From NCBI GenBank assembly GCA_021613535.1, contig CP075496.1, forward strand, positions 6,820,001-6,884,000: a DNA stretch of 64,000 bases. Reading direction: 5' to 3'. Source of the stretch: Adineta vaga. Lineage: Eukaryota > Animalia > Rotifera. The notes under the pieces were generated by a model that saw only the letters and a list, made by a program, of their open reading frames with translations, did no database searches and had not been told where the DNA came from. The translations under genes were made by a program, and so were the position numbers. Shown one piece after another: positions 52,617 through 64,000 of this stretch. The number at the start of each line of letters is the position of its first letter. The stretch's first letter is position 1.

Positions 52617-54366
52617 ATGACTGGCCATTTCTTCGAAGGAGCTGAAAAGCTATTAGAAATCTGGTTTGTTGCTGGTGGTAACGAATCGGGTAAAGCAACA
52701 ACACATAATGATCTTCGTAATATTCCACGGTAATTTATAAATTTTATTTCATTATTACTATATACGATGATTTCTTTTTAAAAATCTTTAGAGATCTGAT
52801 TGAAGAAGTATTAGGTTTGGTTAATTGTAAAGTGCTTAAATATGCACAGTCGGCTACAACGGATACTTATGTATTAAGTGAATCAAGCATGTTTGTTTTT
52901 CAAACTCATTTTATCTTAAAAACATGTGGCGAAACGACATTACTTCATGCTGTTCAACCAATGTTGGAACTTGCACGCGATTACTGTGGATTTGATATTG
53001 TCGATGTAGGAAATGAACTAAAAAATTTCTCTTGAAAAGAATATGAATTTTGTTTTTGCTTGTTTAGCAAATCTTCTATAGTCGTCGTAAATTTCTTCGA
53101 CCTGAGTTGCAAAAAGCACCACACACAAGTTTTGAACATGAAGTAAATAGCGAGATTTCGAAAGATGTCATCAGAAATGCATATTGTCACCTTTGTACTT
53201 TAGGTCGCTTATCTTGATTCAATCTTCGAAGGTAAATATTAGCAATAATGACATCATTTTGTAATTACTCAAGTTTTCCTTGCTTGTAGGTGGTTGTGCT
53301 TACGTTCTTGGTCGTACCAATGTTGATTGCTGGTAAGTTGAACTGATCTCAGTTGTTATCTAACGAACAACTCATATCTAATTCTAATTCAGAGAATTTG
53401 AATAGGAGAAAAGCACTTTCTTTTTTTGTAAAAATTAAACTTTGTTCTATCGAGATACCAGGTTTCTATCGTCTGTAGACAAAATGTAATCTGAAGATTT
53501 CTGATAGACACTTGAATATGCGCATCTTTTTCTGTCTACAAAGGAAACATATTTTCGCATATGGAATGTTAAATATCTAGTACCTAGTTTATAACTGCCA
53601 ATAACATTCCAATCTATAACAAGAGATAAAGAGAGCATTGAGTAAGTTGAAAATCAAAACGTGAGGAAATGTGGGATACTATCCAATATAATATGTGAAG
53701 ATATTTGTAATGAATATTTTTGATTCTTTAGGTATTTATACACACTGGATAAAAACTGTGTTAGTACAAAATCAGATCAAACATTGGAAATTATCATGAC
53801 CGATTTAGATTCGGAAAAAATGAAAATTTTCTACCAGGAATATACAAGTTCAGCTGCTGAAGCAACAAAAGTATGCTATTCTTCTGAGAAAATCAATTTC
53901 CGATCGATAATTTTCTTTCTATAGAAAGCCGGCATTGATAAATTATTTCCAAATGCAAAAATTTTCGATTATTTATTTGATCCATGTGGTTATTCAATGA
54001 ATGGTCTTTTACCCGATGGCCATTATTTTACCATTCATATAACACCAGAACCGGATTTTTCATATGTTAGTTTTGAAACAAATGCTTCTTACAGTCAATA
54101 TCAAGAATTAACACGAAAAATTCTCAAAATGTTCAATCCAGGCAAATTCACAACTACAATTTTCGGTGGCACTGTAAGTTATTTTGTCTTTTTGTTTTGA
54201 AAATTAATCTTATTCATCATTTATTTCGATTTCACAGGCAGCAACAAGTCTTGATACGCAACGAAAATTGTTCTTATTTTCTGACTACGGTCGTGTTGAT
54301 CACCAAATTGTTTGCTTGGTTGATCATGATCTTATTTACAGCTATTACAAAAAGCATCCAAGCTGA
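52617..54366 (+). CDS. AMD1: S-adenosylmethionine decarboxylase proenzyme
   Basis: [13 protein letters not shown], pyruvoyl cleavage site [34 protein letters not shown] and [18 protein letters not shown]; ends YKKHPS-TGA. Confidence 0.97.
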
Positions 54367-54615
54367 GGATTCTGCAACACCGTCTGCGTGTGTCGTCTAA
54401 CATCTGTCGACATGCACGCAAGATTGAGTGTTGCATTAGCACAACTTAGCAAAAAGAAACTTATGAAAATAATTCCATCAAACATTTCTGTACAATGGGC
54501 ACCATTGATTCAAATATTTGTCAAAAGAGATCTGGTACGATTACGGTTAACATCAAAGAAACGAACGAAGAAATTGAAGTATGCATTTCATCACAATACC
54601 AGAAAGTATAGATAA
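54367..54615 (+). other. In-frame 82-codon extension after the AMD1 UGA (candidate readthrough tail)
   Basis: The frame stays open from 54367 to TAA at 54613-54615; the track ORF 54388..54615 is in the same frame as the AMD1 CDS. Confidence 0.6.
54373..54435 (+). promoter_or_regulatory. RNA stem-loop 6 nt downstream of the AMD1 stop codon (candidate readthrough element)
   Basis: Nested helices TGCAACAC/GTGTTGCA, TGCGTG/CACGCA and TGTCG/CGACA. Confidence 0.65.
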
Positions 54616-54871
54616 TATTTGCTCAATTGCTGGCCGTTGTAGATTAGTGTTACAGTTTTATTTTCATGTGTTCTTTTTGTGTTTTGATTTTTTTTAACAA
54701 CATTAATCGAAGCAACATTGAGAAGAAGAAGAAAATAAATGAATGATTATATATATTCATATAACCAAAACTAATTTATTAAATTTATTTTAATAAGACA
54801 GAATCAAAACTAAAATAAGACAAAAATCATTTATCGAATTGATACTGTTTTCTCTTCTATAAATGTTTATT

Positions 54872-55638
54872 TCAACTTTCAATTCGTTCAAAGTTTTGTG
54901 CTCGTCGTCCTGGATACGAAATGAAGAAGAAACAAATGTAAAAGAATGAAATATAATCATATCACTACTTACTATCACCAGCTATAATATCTAATCGACA
55001 GAGAATAATGCCGAATATTAAAACGAGGAGTAAACATCCACCACCGATATAGATTAACAATGATGCTGCATCAACGCCTAATATGAAAACATAGAAAACA
55101 AAATCGTAATCATAGAATTTAAAAAATGCAAAACTATTTTTTTCTATGAAAACAGACTGAAATACATTTCTTCTTATCTAGTTTTAATTAAAAAAAACAA
55201 ATAGAGTCGATTAGTAGAAATGATATTCTCAAGTAATGACATCATGGACATTGATTTTTTTAATATGAACGAAATATGATTTGTACAGAATTACAGACAA
55301 AACTCAGAAACGAGAAATCAATAAAATGAAGTTTATTAAACTACTCATCTGGTTGTGAGATTACCAAAAGAAAATAATATTTCATGAAAATTCTATTAAT
55401 TATATTCTTCATTATAAATTTTAGAAAAATATTCTTTGAATTAAACTCTAACCCGCAGAACCGATTTCCAATTGCTGTTAATTTCAATCACTTATCATAC
55501 AGAAAAGAAACGTAACTATGTCAAGAATATTGTCATCTTTATTACTAATAATTAATCTAACTTACCAAGAAGTTCGTTCGACACTTGCGGCATTTTTGTA
55601 TGTGAATATCCCATTGGAGCGAGCGGTGTACTTCTCAT
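54872..55638 (-). CDS. Small single-pass membrane protein (~71 aa), 3 exons
   Basis: Phase-compatible exons with GTAAGT donors give MRSTPLAPMGYSHTKMPQVSNELLGVDAASLLIYIGGGCLLLVLIFGIILCRLDIIAGDRRRAQNFERIES. Confidence 0.65.
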
Positions 55639-57304
55639 TTCTTCTATTACAGAGATATTTCGTCCTGTTGTGGATTTGTCTTATCAGTTCGAGTATATGC
55701 GACGAAATGCCTTCGTCAAGTTAGTGATATTAATATGCGAGGTACGTTTTGTGAATACATACGTGCATCACCCTTCTCTCTCTCTCTCTTTTTCACTCTT
55801 TCTCTTCTATTTATTGACTTTGGTCTTCTTTTCTCATTCTCTGTTGTTCTAATACCTACTGGTTCTTTATGATGTTTCAAACCAAATAAATGTCCTAGAC
55901 AATTTGGTTTTTTTCTCTTTCCGAAGAGAGAAATACGAAAAAAAGAAAAGACCACAGCGAAAAAGTGACGAGAAAAAAAGACGAAAAGACTGAATATTAA
56001 CAATTACAATTGGTGATATAATAAAATAAAAGATATGGTCGTAAAAAACAGGTATTTATTTTATGCCCTTGAAATTTAATGAAAGACACATACAGAATAA
56101 AAAATATTCAATTTATCGACTTGATGTGAATAATATAACTGACGTTTTTGAATGATTTGAAATGCTTCAAAAATAAATACAACCCAAAAGCAAACTATAA
56201 CCTTTCAGATTTTTTTATGGATATCCATGAAAATGTGATTTATAGTTTATCGTTCGAAATATTTTTCAGGATACTAGAAAATAAACGCAGCGAATCATAA
56301 TCTTGAAAACTGCTTTATATCTTAGAATAGAAATGAACGATATCGGAAATGATTTCGAATATGTAGGTATCTTATCAATATTTTGCCAATATCTATTGAT
56401 TTCTCAAATGAATTGTACTTTCATACCTCATCGATACATGATCATGTTTTTAATCATAGGAACACTTAATTATTTCTGAATTTTTCCATCGATAAAAGTA
56501 ATACTTAATCATAGCACATTCTCTACGATATTTTTTCCATGTCATAAGGTGAAATAAGATATTTCATATAGACATATAATCATCATTATTTTATTTCTTC
56601 TAAACCTGCACACGTTCAGTACAGAACATATGATCTTCCTATACTTTCATTACGTCGCAATGATTATGTTGCGTTTGTTCCTAGAAAGTAAATTATTTTG
56701 TGCACAGGACACATTAAACTAATTTTTCTTTAGAATCTATATTATATAAAAGGAATGAAACCTCATTAACACCTCATTTCCATCAAGAGCAGAAAAATAG
56801 AAAACGTCTTTTTTTATAAAATATACGTGTACAAAACAGATTGAAAAACGAATTCTAATCTTTGCACATAAATTAACAAGAATAGAATAATCACTTTTCA
56901 ACTAACTTAATTCAAAAGCAGAAAGTATTCTTTTCTTTTCTTCATAGAAAGATTTTTCGATAGATGTCACTAATCTATTTGATATAGTCCTTGAATAGTA
57001 AATCAATATCAAATTACAATCTATCACTAAATAGTCTCATTATACCATCAATAAATCTTATTTTATTTGAATATTCAATCAGAATGTTTTTTAATTGTTT
57101 TCTAATTTGAGATTGAAACATAGCCAATCATATCCATCCGATTTGCAGTGCTGACTCAAATCTCTCAACTCTCATTCTCATCTAACAATATATTTACTTT
57201 TTTTCCAACTTCGATAATATCTTCTGTTCTGTCTTCATTTGCATTTGAATTTTTTCCCATTGAAAATTCTTCAAATCGATTTGTAAATCTCTCTTTTAGA
57301 TCAT

Positions 57305-60056
57305 ATGAGTTATGATAATAAATTTCGTTATCCATATTCGTTCATAGTATTCCTATGTATAAATTTAATTATAAATGGAATCCATGCTGGCACAATAAAT
57401 CTTTTAAGTGATACTGACGATCAAAAACGTGTTTTTAATAGAGACTTTAACAATAATCAAAATTTCGCTATTGATAATTGCATACCATTAGCATTTGGTG
57501 ATTTTAATGCAGATAAAATTGTGGATATTTTTTGTCGAAATGTAAACGGTGACAATATTCGAGTAATGCTTAACAATGATCGTGTACCAACTTCGAAAGA
57601 ACAATGTAATGTTACGATAACGTATGTATGAATATGAGAGATTCATTTCTTAGTTCTTGTTTTCATGTAGAGGAGTGATTTATGATGCATTAGCAGCTGA
57701 CTATGATGGTGATAGTAAATTAGATTTATTTATACTTTATAAGACAACCAAAGATCAAACAGTTTATAATGGTGGATTTCTTTGGGGTGATCGTGAAAAA
57801 TTAAGTAAATATTACATTGTTTATGTTAAAAGATGAGAAATGAAAGACTGGGATATTTTCAGGTGATCTTCAACCGATTAATTATTTCTTTCAAACAATT
57901 CCAACTACTATAGAGTAAATATATCGATTAATTTTGGGATTCTATTCAAAACTAATGTGTTCGTTCGTTTAGTGTTAATGGTGATTCTTATGTCGATCTA
58001 CTTGGTATGATTAGTAATGATCATGTTAATTACAAACCTGGTTGTTTAATTTTGTAAGAAAACAATCTTCTTCTACTTATTTGATTTATGTAAAGATTCT
58101 TCGATTCTATTTCTTATAGTAAAAATCGTACTGTATCTAATTTTGAACGATTTAATAATCTTGATGATCTTCTTCCGCATGCAACACAAGCTACGGTCGA
58201 TCTCAATGACGATCTTATTGCAGGTTAGCTTTTGACTTTCAATAAAAACATTCCACTATTTCTTATTCATAATAATAGATTTGTTTTTAACACTTAATCA
58301 TAGAAATAAACCAAAATTTCGTGTGTATGAATTACCATTATCAAATATGAAATTATTAGCTGAATATGATCCTCCACCAGGAGTGGCTATTTATCATCTA
58401 TCGACTTTCGCTGATATTGGTAAAGAATAAAATTAATTTTCTTTTCAAAACTTATCTTTCATTCAAAATAGATGCTGATGGTGTTTTAGAACATCTATTA
58501 CCGGTTTGTATGAATTTCGATTGTTCTGATAGTCGAATTTATGTTCGAGATTATGATGAGGTAGGCAAACGATTTTTTGCGTAATAAACTTTGAATTCAA
58601 TGAAAATTCGTTTGTAGTGGCATTTATTACCAATCAATTTTGGTAGTGATCTACGATTTCCTTTGAAACATGATTTACCATCACTATTCGATCAAATACC
58701 ACTTAGTATTAAGATAGCTGACTACAATCTCGATGGTTATCCAGATATGATAGCTATAATGAAACAAAAGTAAGTAGGAAAATATCATTTAGATTAAATT
58801 CATCGTGTATAATCGATCAGAGCTGCTATCATAGTATTCATTTCAATTGAAACTAAAGTGTGCTCTTGAAGTTTTAGTTCGATTGATACGACCGTTTCGA
58901 TTATTCTTCAAAATCGTGCATGTAATAGTGATAATAATTTACATTGTACTTACAATCGAACATTTACTATACAAACTGATGAAACCAATGTTTTAGCAGC
59001 CGTAAATGCTACACTTGCTGTATTCTTTGATGTATTAGAAAATGTAAGTCAAATACAGTGGCATTTTCATATGAGAAAATGATATTTCTAGGGTTATCCA
59101 GATGTTCTTGTTTTACAAGAAACTTCACGTCAGAACTATGAATTAATTGGTTTTCAAAACTCACTTGTTCAAGATGTAAATTTTATCAAAGTGATGGGTA
59201 AATAAAATTTCAAGAGAACATTTCTAATATGTAAAAAAACGATGAATTGATTTCTAGTGCTTAGTACTTTCTCTTGTGCTACATGTTCAAATAAGAAAAG
59301 ATTGGTAAAGTATTGAGAGAAGTATTTTTGTTTTATTCAATTAATTTCTTTTTTTACTAGCCGTATGGTAATAACCAACCAGGTCAAATGATTAAAATGG
59401 AAACGCTTATTATTGTTGATGGAATTAAAGATAGTTGGACTCAATTATCAGGTAGAATCAAATTTAAAGAGCGAATATTCAACTATAAAAAATTTTCGTT
59501 TTAGCTGTTCAAATGTCTCAATCGGGACAATTAACACTCGAATTACCCTATGTAATAATTGGTCTCGGTGCAACACCAAATTTTGTCGAAAAATTGACCA
59601 TAGCAATTCCACCAAACGATGAATCGGTTTGTCCTAACGTCTATTCGATAAAATCTGATCATTTTCTTTTAGAATCAATTAGTGCGAACATATACACAAA
59701 TGATACCGAATTCACAAATTGTTATTATTCCATCTCCTTTAACGAATCCTGAAAAGTAAAGATGAATTCATTGGAAAAACAAATCGTTCAATATAAAAAT
59801 TATTCTATTTAGATGGAATAGTGAACTGTTTGTTACTCCTAGTCGAATGATTCTTCATACTGGTATTGCATTAAGTGCAACACTGGTTATTATAGCAATT
59901 GTTCTTGCTATATTTCAATATCGAGAAAAGGTTTGTTTCTCCTTAATCTACAAGACGATAGCGAAGAGAGAAAAAAAAATACTTTCTTCATTTCAGATTC
60001 AAGATGATCGTGAACGAAAGGTGCAATCACAACGATTTCATTATGATGCTCTATAA
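57305..60056 (+). CDS. ITFG1: T-cell immunomodulatory protein / LINKIN (FG-GAP repeat membrane protein)
   Basis: Signal peptide, AFGDFNADKIVDIF, DYNLDGYPD, PYVIIGLGATPNFVEKL, a TM helix, and the C-terminal DDRERKVQSQRFHYDAL. Confidence 0.93.
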
Positions 60057-60675
60057 TTTTCCAATGATACCGAAATCTATATTTAGTCAAATAATTTTTT
60101 TACCAATGTTGATTTATAGTAATTTTTTTTGTTTTAATCTGAGAAGAAAAAGGAACAATACTGTGATAATTAATTTAATAATGATAATGATGATTTTGTT
60201 TTTAAGATGTAATAGAAATTTTAACCGTCCAATCATCATTATGGCAAACAGATCAGGATATTTATATAGCCGTAAGTATCTGAGATTTTCTGTAGTTTTT
60301 TGTGATTATTCTCGCTGTGAGTGGAAGTAGCGTACTAAATATAAGATTAAGAATAGACAGTTACTTCGATGATTCATATTCTTTATGATTTTGAGTGTAA
60401 ACTAGTTTTGTTTGTTACGATAATGAAGGTTTATTGTTAAAGAAACAAGAGAATTAATTTAAACGTTTCCGTTTTTTGTCGATGTCCTTGACTAAAGAAC
60501 TATGAATCTTGAAAATTACTTTTCATAATTACTCGTCAATAAATTATTTCAAATACTATGTTATCCTCAGCGATATATTGAGTTTCTTTCTAAAAATGAA
60601 AATCGGTAGATATATTTTTGTTTTATCAATAATGACGTAGAAAATATGATAAGCCGTACGAAATAAGAAAGAAAA

Positions 60676-62356
60676 ATGTCAACATTGACTTATTCGATGA
60701 GAAAAAGTAGCAGAATACTAATATATAAATATTCATCGACTTCTTACTGAAAAATCTTTATTCTTAGATGATACTTCACTATCGGCAAGCAATTATGACC
60801 GTCAATCATCACGAAATTCACTTAATTCGAATGCCAGTCATATTAGTCATTTAATTAGTCAACGTCAATTATCTGATTCTCGTATACCAACAACATGTTT
60901 TTTGCTTTTTGAAAACATATTATCGACAAATAACAATGAAATTTCTTTTCTTGAATATCGTGGTACACGTTCTCGTAATCATCATCATATCCAATTGTAT
61001 TTACCTCAACTTACTCATCAAAATTCGACATCATCCGATGATATTAAAAAGAATTTTGTTGATTGTATACGACAAGTTTTGAATTCAATACCTCCTGAAG
61101 ATCTATCATCATACGTTGTTAGTGTTCGAACAGGTGTTTTATATTTCTTTTCAAAGCGCTTTCGTTTTCATCGACAATACGCAATTGAAACACTTCATGA
61201 TCTAATGGAAAAGAAAATTTCGACTTCAGACCAACGATATTATCGTGAACAAAATAATAGTTATCATTCGGATGAAAGTTTACGTTCCTCTTTTTGTAAT
61301 ATCAAACCAGTTAGTGATACGAAAAAACTCGCTCAAGAACTTCATGAATATAAGTTCCATATCAAACAACAAAAATATGTATTTCGTATCTATCTACAAT
61401 CAGATGATAAACAAACGCATGTTTGTATCGTTGATCCCACAGCCAATTATTCAATCGTCGAATTTTCTAAAGATTTTCAAAGAACATCAAATATTGGTAA
61501 GTTGAATCAAAGATATTCTCAAGGCGAGATGAATAAAATTGAATTTGTAAGTAATGCTTTTCTTTCAGATTATATTCGCGATCGTCGATCGTCAAATTTT
61601 CAGCGTGAGAAAACTTATGATGATGTATTTGATTTTCGTATTCAATTTCAATACAATCCTCGAACACGTCGAGATCAAATGACTACAATCGAATATGAAT
61701 TACGTCAAGAATTTCCAAATCTTGATTCAAATTTTAAAAATGAGAATATTCTTCATCCAATTAACAGTGATACCGATGATATCTTTCAAATCTCTGAACA
61801 ATTGTATCCCTATATACGATTTATTCGACGAGATTTTGGTGATGTTTATTATTATGAAGGTGATGATCCATTATTTGAAAATTTTACAATCTATCTTGAA
61901 TCTTCTGTCGAATATCAAATCAATCGAAATGATTTTACATGTAAACGTCACTTATCAACACATGGTATTGTTTATGCTCGAATCGATCTTAATACGTTGA
62001 TGTCATCGAATGTTATCGATGAAAATTTATTGATTGATAAATTATGGGACATGGGTACTGGTTTAACATCAATTGCTGGTGCATGTACAACATCTGAAAC
62101 GCAACAATCAACGAATTATTACACTTCAAATGGTGATCAATTTACTGCTGAAGATGAAGCACTTGTACAGACAATATTAAAACAATCAATTTTAACATCT
62201 ATGCTTGGATTACCTGAAAATGCATCTAGTGGTGATATTGAACATAGCTATCATCGTATCAGTACTCAATTGAACAAGAAATGGCTGTGTTTCCAACGTG
62301 GCTTAGCCGCTCGTGAAAAACTCGAAGCTTTCTATGAGAACTATTTAAAACAATAG
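60676..62356 (+). CDS. Uncharacterised protein with a degenerate C-terminal J-domain-like segment
   Basis: Short first exon, then a long ORF containing a 72-nt in-frame GT-AG intron (61497-61568). The C-terminus MLGLPENASSGDIEHSYHRIS resembles DnaJ helices I-II but lacks HPD. Confidence 0.7.
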
Positions 62357-62518
62357 AATTAAAAGGAAAACAAAATAACTTTTAATTTGATTTTCAGATA
62401 TTTCATAATTCTGATCAATATTTTTTATTTACGTTTCAATAAATATTTGAATTTGAATGACTATATAATGACTTTGACTCATTTTCCTATTCTAGATTAT
62501 TTTCTTCAATCGAAAAAC

Positions 62519-63248
62519 ATGGATAATCAACAGTCGACTAAAATGCCCAAACCATTCGATCAAGATCAAGAAATGAATGCATCAAGTACCGATGGTAATC
62601 AACCACATTTCGAATTTCGAGATGATGATCGTTTAAAGCAAGAAGATGATTACCGGCAAGGTTTGTTTTATGAAGAATAATTTTTAATAATTCAAAATAA
62701 AAACTTATTTTAGAATTATTAAAAGTTCAAGATGAAATTGTTACATTACGTCAAGTACTTGGAGCTAAATTAAAACGTGAAAGTGAATTGAAAACCTTAC
62801 TAGGTGTTGGTTTTGTTGATGATCTAAAACAAGATTGGAATGAAACAGTTCATGATATTAAAGCAACAACAGCATATCAAAAAACTGCTGAAACATTACA
62901 AGCTGCATCGGATAAATTAGCTCCGGCTATTCAAACAGTTAATACATCATTCAAATCTCGTCTTGGAACTTTGAAAAGTACATTCTCATTCGAAATTGAT
63001 CTTTATTCGAAATGCTAATATATTTAGATTCAAATTTTTTCAAAACATTTGAAAATACACTTGGTTCAGGTGTGAATGCTGTGAAATCGAAAATGACACC
63101 CTCGAAATCGGCAATGCATTTTAATGGCAATGATGGTAATGAATTTAGTCACGGTGCAACAGGTGGACCTTTAACATCAAGTGTAACACATGATGAACGT
63201 CTAAATTTTGGTGGAGATTTAGATGAAAAGAAAGATTTAACAAAATAA
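62519..63248 (+). CDS. TPD52: Tumor protein D52 family protein
   Basis: ELLKVQDEIVTLRQVLGAK...ELKTLLG and TTAYQKTAETL are D52 motifs; 3 exons. Confidence 0.9.
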
Positions 63249-63721
63249 ATAAAATATTTCTATCTATATCTATTCATCGATAGTAGACAAAGAATGATAA
63301 GAGGAAACATGTTTCTTCTTTCATTATGTGTTCATTTATTTTCTTGGGAACTCTGTCATTTATGCTTCATATATTTATTTATATACATACTTACTCAGTC
63401 GTTTGTCTTGTTACGTGTTATTTATTATCGATATCTCTATTCATTTTCCAATAAGATTAAAATCTGAAAATTCGCATATAAAGCAATCGTTTATCAACAT
63501 TTTCTTTAAGTCATTGTCATTCTTTGAGTTTTTTGTTGTTCCTTTTTTTCATTGGCACTCTTCTATGACTTCATGTCAATTTTATTCTTTTTCTCATTGT
63601 TGTTCTCGTAACGTATTTGTTTTTAATGTTCTCTTCTTCCGTTCTGAATAAAAAAAAAGACCAACAATGATTGAATACGAGAAGAAAAGCATTCTATTTA
63701 TCTTGTTTCCTTATTCTAGAT

Positions 63722-64000
63722 ATGGGTTCTTGGAAATTAGAAGTTTTTCGTAAGTAGATCGAATTATTTCGAATGAATGATTGACCTTTTGTCTTTATTT
63801 AGGTATGGCATGCTATATAAGTTTTCCATTAGCGGCAATGTTTTTATTCAGTCGTCCTGAATTATTCAAAGATCGTGTTATTGCTGCTCGAAAACGATAT
63901 TATCCACCACCAAATCCAGAACGAGTAAATCGACGAATATTGCAATTATTTGCACAAATTAATATATTTTTCTAGGATGAACTAATTCAACAATTAAAAG
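63722..64000 (+). CDS. PET100: Cytochrome c oxidase assembly factor PET100, truncated by the window end
   Basis: The spliced N-terminus MGSWKLEVFRMACYISFPLAAMFLFSRPELF...YYPP is characteristic. Confidence 0.88.

Noticed and set aside
54463-54510. SECIS-like ATGA...AAA...GA pattern downstream of the AMD1 UGA (selenocysteine hypothesis)
   Set aside because: The putative helix II has several central mismatches, and AMD1 is not a known selenoprotein. Generic readthrough fits better; a SECISearch run would settle it.
55559-55570. AACTTACCAAGA, resembling part of the bdelloid spliced-leader sequence as I recall it
   Set aside because: It is simply the reverse complement of an exon end plus GTAAGTT donor of the minus-strand micro-gene; no full SL or Sm site is present.
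63328-63651. 107-aa ORF between TPD52 and PET100
   Set aside because: It starts with GTG and is a Phe/Ser/Ile-rich translation of T-rich UTR or intergenic sequence.

Overview
This is eukaryotic, very AT-rich, gene-dense animal DNA with mostly 50-65 nt GT-AG introns. Many start codons have a pyrimidine-rich AG acceptor just upstream. Together with a non-metazoan-type BT1 folate transporter, this fits a bdelloid rotifer (inference). By manual splicing I can build about 30 genes. They include a BT1 transporter, an atonal-group bHLH, a double-domain sHSP, RUNDC1, a KChIP-like sensor, an NMU/PRXamide-like GPCR, SLC35B3, DOR/TP53INP, MED18, RPA49, a HIRIP3-like gene, a UCP-like carrier, fibrillarin, a calmodulin-like gene, hormone-sensitive lipase, KCTD5, AMD1, ITFG1, a degenerate J-domain protein, TPD52, PET100 and several orphans. 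There is also a 1.05-kb foldback/Mutator-like element with 401-bp arms and a 129-bp MITE. The strongest candidate for an undescribed system is the AMD1 (S-adenosylmethionine decarboxylase) locus. Its CDS ends Pro-Ser-UGA; a long GC-rich hairpin starts 6 nt later, and an 82-codon in-frame tail follows. The locus also has a candidate poison exon that creates a UGA at the splice junction, and an overlapping upstream frame. The second highlight is a hormone-sensitive lipase with two alternative terminal modules, each carrying the catalytic Asp and His. All exon structures were derived by eye and need RNA-seq confirmation.
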